Below are positions 59,996 to 64,000 of a DNA stretch of 64,000 nt, piece by piece (position 1 is the first letter of the stretch; every line of letters starts with the position of its first letter). Below the pieces are notes generated by a model. That model did not search any database and had not been told where the DNA came from. It saw only the letters and a program-made list of their open reading frames with translations. The DNA lies in contig NC_043012.1 in the NCBI RefSeq assembly GCF_006345805.1, forward strand, positions 36,208,001-36,272,000. The letters run 5' to 3'. Made by a program: the position numbers and the translations under genes. Source of the DNA: Octopus sinensis (Eukaryota).

Positions 59996-62797
59996 GTTTG
60001 TGAAAACTACTTTACCCTATTTATTGTCAACCGTTGGATGGGGTTTGCAGGGGCCAGCAACAGTTTCTCGTGATCACAGCAAACCCAGATTGAAAAGGGG
60101 TTTCTTCTGGACCATCTTGTCTGTTTGAGAGAAATATCTCAGCTGACTTGCCAAGTGCATCTTTCCTGTTTGAGTAAGTTACAGCTGCTGTTTCTAACTG
60201 GCTGAGCAACCACGTTGAGGCTCATGTGGTTGCTTGTTGGTAAGGGATCGGTAGATGTTGTTTAACTCTGGGTCAGCACCACTCAAACACAACTATAAAC
60301 AAAAGGGTTCCAGCGATGACCCCTATCTTAATTTCCAGTATGTCCAGGGTTACGTTTACCTAATGTCCTTATTGATTTGAGGTAGTAAGGTGTGATGTGC
60401 AGCAGAATTCAACTGCTATGTCTAGCAGGATCAAATAAATAGATGTCTTCAGTTGTCATTACTGGCTGCTAGAGGCCTGCTCCTCCTCCTCCCTCTCTCT
60501 CACTCCCCCAACATATCATCATTTAGTGTCTGCTTTCCATGCTGGCATGGGTTGGACGGTTTGACTGGAGCTGGTAAACCAGAGAGCTGCACCAAGTTCC
60601 AGTCTGATTTGGCATAGTAGTTATGGCTGGATGCCCTTCCTAATGCCGACCACTCAATGAGTGTAATGGTTGTTTATATATATATATTTAAAATGTTATC
60701 TTTTAATATGCCTTCTTTGCTGGCATGGGTTGGATGATTTAAGAGGACCCAAGGTTCAGCAATTTGTGTCATGCTCCACTGCCTGCTTTGGCCTGGTTTC
60801 TACGGTTGGCTGCCTTTCCTAATGCCAACCACTTAATAGTGTGTGGATGTCTTAATTTTCTTGCCATGAGTGAGGTCACCTTGCAGCCTGCAAGGGCTAA
60901 GTTTCCCATCGACTGAGTTGAGGCTGCAGTAGAGAGGGGAGCTGGCTTTATGCTAGGAGATGGAAGGTTCGGGTATGAAGGGGTCACAACGGGTTTGTTG
61001 CTCTCTCTTACTCTCTATAGGGCTGTTCACATTGTGCACACCCTTCAGTTGGACCCCAGTCTGCTGGTTTAAGATGGTGAGACATGGTGTGTGGCAGAAT
61101 GCAGCTGCTGTGTCTAGCAGGGCCAAGTGAATATGTAGATTGATGTGCAGCAGAATTCAGCTGCTATGTCTAGCAGGGTCAAGCAAATAGATTTCTTCAG
61201 TTGTCATTACTGACTGGTAATGGGCTGCTCCTTCTCTCATTCTCTCTCACACACACACACACACACACACGTGTGTGTGTATATTTATATATATATTAGT
61301 ATATATGTATATATAATTTTTTTATAACTATTCTCTGCAATTTGAAGCTAGTTTCTTTTTGTTCATAGAAAGACTTCAATTCCAAATTGACATGTCCAGT
61401 ACTGTTTTAAGGAAATTTGTAGCACTCATTGACCCTTTAACGATGTATACAAAATATGTTTGGTTGGTGTTATCAGCATCATTTCATGTCCACTTTTCCA
61501 TACTTGAGTGGAATTTATTGAGGCAGGTTTTCTATGGCCCTTCCTGTTGCCATTTCTCATCCATTTCCAAGCAAAGTATTATTTCCCCATGATCAGATAT
61601 GTTTTTCACAGAAGACTGGATACAAACGACCTCGCTTGTATAACAGTGATGCTTGTTTACAAACATCACACACACACATCACACTCATGTACACGCATAA
61701 AACATGACTGACATCTTTCAGTTTCCATCTACCAAATCCACTCACAAAGCACTTTGGTCAGCCTGGGACTATTGTAGAAGACACTTGCCCAAGGTGCCCA
61801 CAGTGGGATCAGAACCCAGCACAACATGGTCGGGAAGTCATACATGTACCTCTGGTGTCATTTATTCAAAACTCTGACAACAGTTGGTGATCTTTCTGCC
61901 CTTGTGTTTGCATAAATTTGGTAGTCAAAGGGTTTGTGGGGTCACAACAGGATCACCCCTTTCTTGGTCATTCACATCACTTGTTCAAAGTATTGGGGTG
62001 GGGGTGGGGGTGAAATAAATTCGCTGTTTGATTACTACTACTACTACTTCTGCTCTTCTATGCATCACCCCCAAAGTTAGAAAAGTTGGCCTCCGTGGGA
62101 TTTGAACTCATTGCATGTGGAGGGTCTGAATAAAACCCACCAAACATTCTGACTGACACTCTATCAACTCTGCTTGTTTATTGTCTTGTTTTGATGATGA
62201 AGGTGTTGGTGGGGTCAGGGGTGGGGTCGGGGGTAATTTTTGTTTGTCTTTTATTCAACCTAGAAAAAAGATTGTACCTGGAGCTTCTTTAAGGTCATCC
62301 TTGATTGGATAATGAAGGAAAGGTTAGTGGGGTTAGGGGTTTGTTTTGGGGACAGGTTTGTGGAATATAAACAGTGGGGAAGAAAGGGTTTAGTTCCAGA
62401 AGGGATGTAACTTTAGAGTGTTTAAAATTAATTCAGAGAAATTAGATCTGGCAGGTTTGTTGTTGGTCTTTGGTCTTAATTTGGCCCTGATTGATACACC
62501 TGTTACCAAAGACATCCCATCTTTTATTCAGACATAGCATGTCTAGGACCCTAGAACTAAACTATGAAAAAATATTTGTTTTGTTTAATCAAGATGAGTA
62601 AAGTGTGTTATATCTAACAGATTAAATTATAAGATAGGGGCTGCCCTCGTTAACTCGAGTTGTGGATTTCAAACTGGCGCCAAAAAGCCAGCAGAGCTAA
62701 CCATTACAGTATCTGTCCTTAAAATCACCGTTGCGTGTATTTAATATGTTGTTGCTGTTGCTGTTGAATTCATGTGAAATATTTGTTTGCTGTTTAG

Positions 62798-62920
62798 TTG
62801 AATCGGTGGGCTCAGTCAAAGCAGTTACCTGGTTTATTTACTGGAAGTACTGGGGCCAAAGTGATGACGCTTGAGGAGTTAAATGGACCTGACAAAAAAT
62901 TACAAGCTTGGGCGAAAAAG
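62798..62920 (+). CDS. SON: SON-like coding exon 7 (not captured by the ORF track)
   Basis: TGTTTAG| ... |GTGAGA, 123 nt, phase 0/0; LNRWAQSKQLPGLFTGSTGAKVMTLEELNGPDKKLQAWAKK (SON 'AWAQLNSIPGQFTGSTGVQVL'). Confidence 0.95.
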
Positions 62921-63904
62921 GTGAGAATTATTCCATTTTGCATTTCTGTTTTACTTTGATAAAATGTTATTTTGTTACTTCATCTAGCTTTTGTCTTTTC
63001 ACTAATTTACTAATTCTACATTTTATATGGGCTCTTAGCTTCATGGTTACTCCTGCATTTATCTATTCCTATACATGTATACGCGAAGGAGTGTGGCCTG
63101 GTGGTTAGGTTGTTGCACTCATGATCACTACATTGTGGATTCAATTCCTTTATTGGGCGGTGCGTTGTGTTTTTAAGCAAAACACTTCCTTTCACTTTAC
63201 ATTGCTCCAGCCCCCCTTTCAATCAAGGGGGGAGTGTTGCCTGCTTGTCTGGCCAGTGAGGTGGCATCATTCGATGGCTAAAACAATGTAAAAGCACATT
63301 GTGGCCGGCAATGTTTAACATCTGACGGCCTAGTTCAACTGGGGTCTGGTAAGCCATGGAGGCTGCACCAGGCTCTAGTCTGATTTGGCAGTGTTTCTAC
63401 AGCTGGATGCCCTCCCTAACGCCAACCACTCCGTGAGTGTAGTGGGATTTTTTTTACGTGCCATCGGCACAGGGGCCAGAGCAGGCTGGCAAACGGCCAC
63501 GATCGGTTGGTGCTTTTACGTGTCACCAACATGGACTCCAGTCAGGCGGCGCTGGCATCTACCATATATATATATATATATTTCTGATATGATACTTCTG
63601 AATTGGGAAATTAGAAATATTAGCTACCCTTTCCTTGCTACTTCCCTTATAATATTTAGTTTCCACATATATCATTAAAATGATGATATATATAATATAT
63701 ACACCTCTCGTTTATTACTGGGAATGGTGTCTGCTTTGAGGTCCATTAACAAATATATTGCTGTAATATATACAAGTATACAGTATTTAATAGACATGTA
63801 TGTTGACCAGTTAGTGTGTGTGTGTGTGTGTGTCTGTTGTGTATTGAGCGTCCATCAGTTGTTGACCCACTAATGTCCATGCTGTGTGGTGTTGTTCATT
63901 CCAG

Positions 63905-64000
63905 CAACAAATAATCAATGCTGCTCCTGTGAAAGGTGGCATTGGTATGCACTTACTACAGAAGATGGGTTGGCGCGAAGGGGAAGGACTCGGCAAGAAC
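63905..64000 (+). CDS. SON: SON-like coding exon 8, G-patch domain start (runs off window)
   Basis: TTCCAG| QQIINAAPVKGGIGMHLLQKMGWREGEGLGKN, a canonical G-patch. Confidence 0.96.

Noticed and set aside
62300-62345. Telomere-like GGTTAG repeats
   Set aside because: Only two imperfect units in G-rich sequence; not an array.

Overview
AT-rich, microsatellite-dense eukaryotic genomic DNA. The repeat families look cephalopod (Octopus-like); this is inferred from recognition, not from a database search. One protein-coding gene is well supported: a + strand SON-like RNA-splicing cofactor with 8 phase-consistent GT-AG coding exons from 47102 to the window end (629 codons in window). It shows an RS-rich tract, the SON-type FPVSSGSQHR and PGxFTGSTG motifs and the start of a G-patch. 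Its promoter may lie in the CpG-richer region near 9.1-9.3 kb. The rest is mostly transposable-element debris: decayed mariner (DD34D) elements, Tc1/mariner-, hAT- and piggyBac-type MITEs with target-site duplications (TSDs), several tRNA-derived SINE families, and RTE and CR1-type LINE fragments. The most unusual signal is a set of fold-back insertions with Penelope-like architecture (inverted arms plus a one-sided 3' tail, often in TA tracts), several carrying minimal hammerhead ribozymes. They include a tRNA-headed SINE ending in a hammerhead; one copy sits in a TSD-bounded composite that also copied neighbouring genomic DNA. A separate locally templated inverted insertion and a candidate multi-exon antisense transcript are also visible. 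Most long ORFs in the supplied track are microsatellite artefacts.
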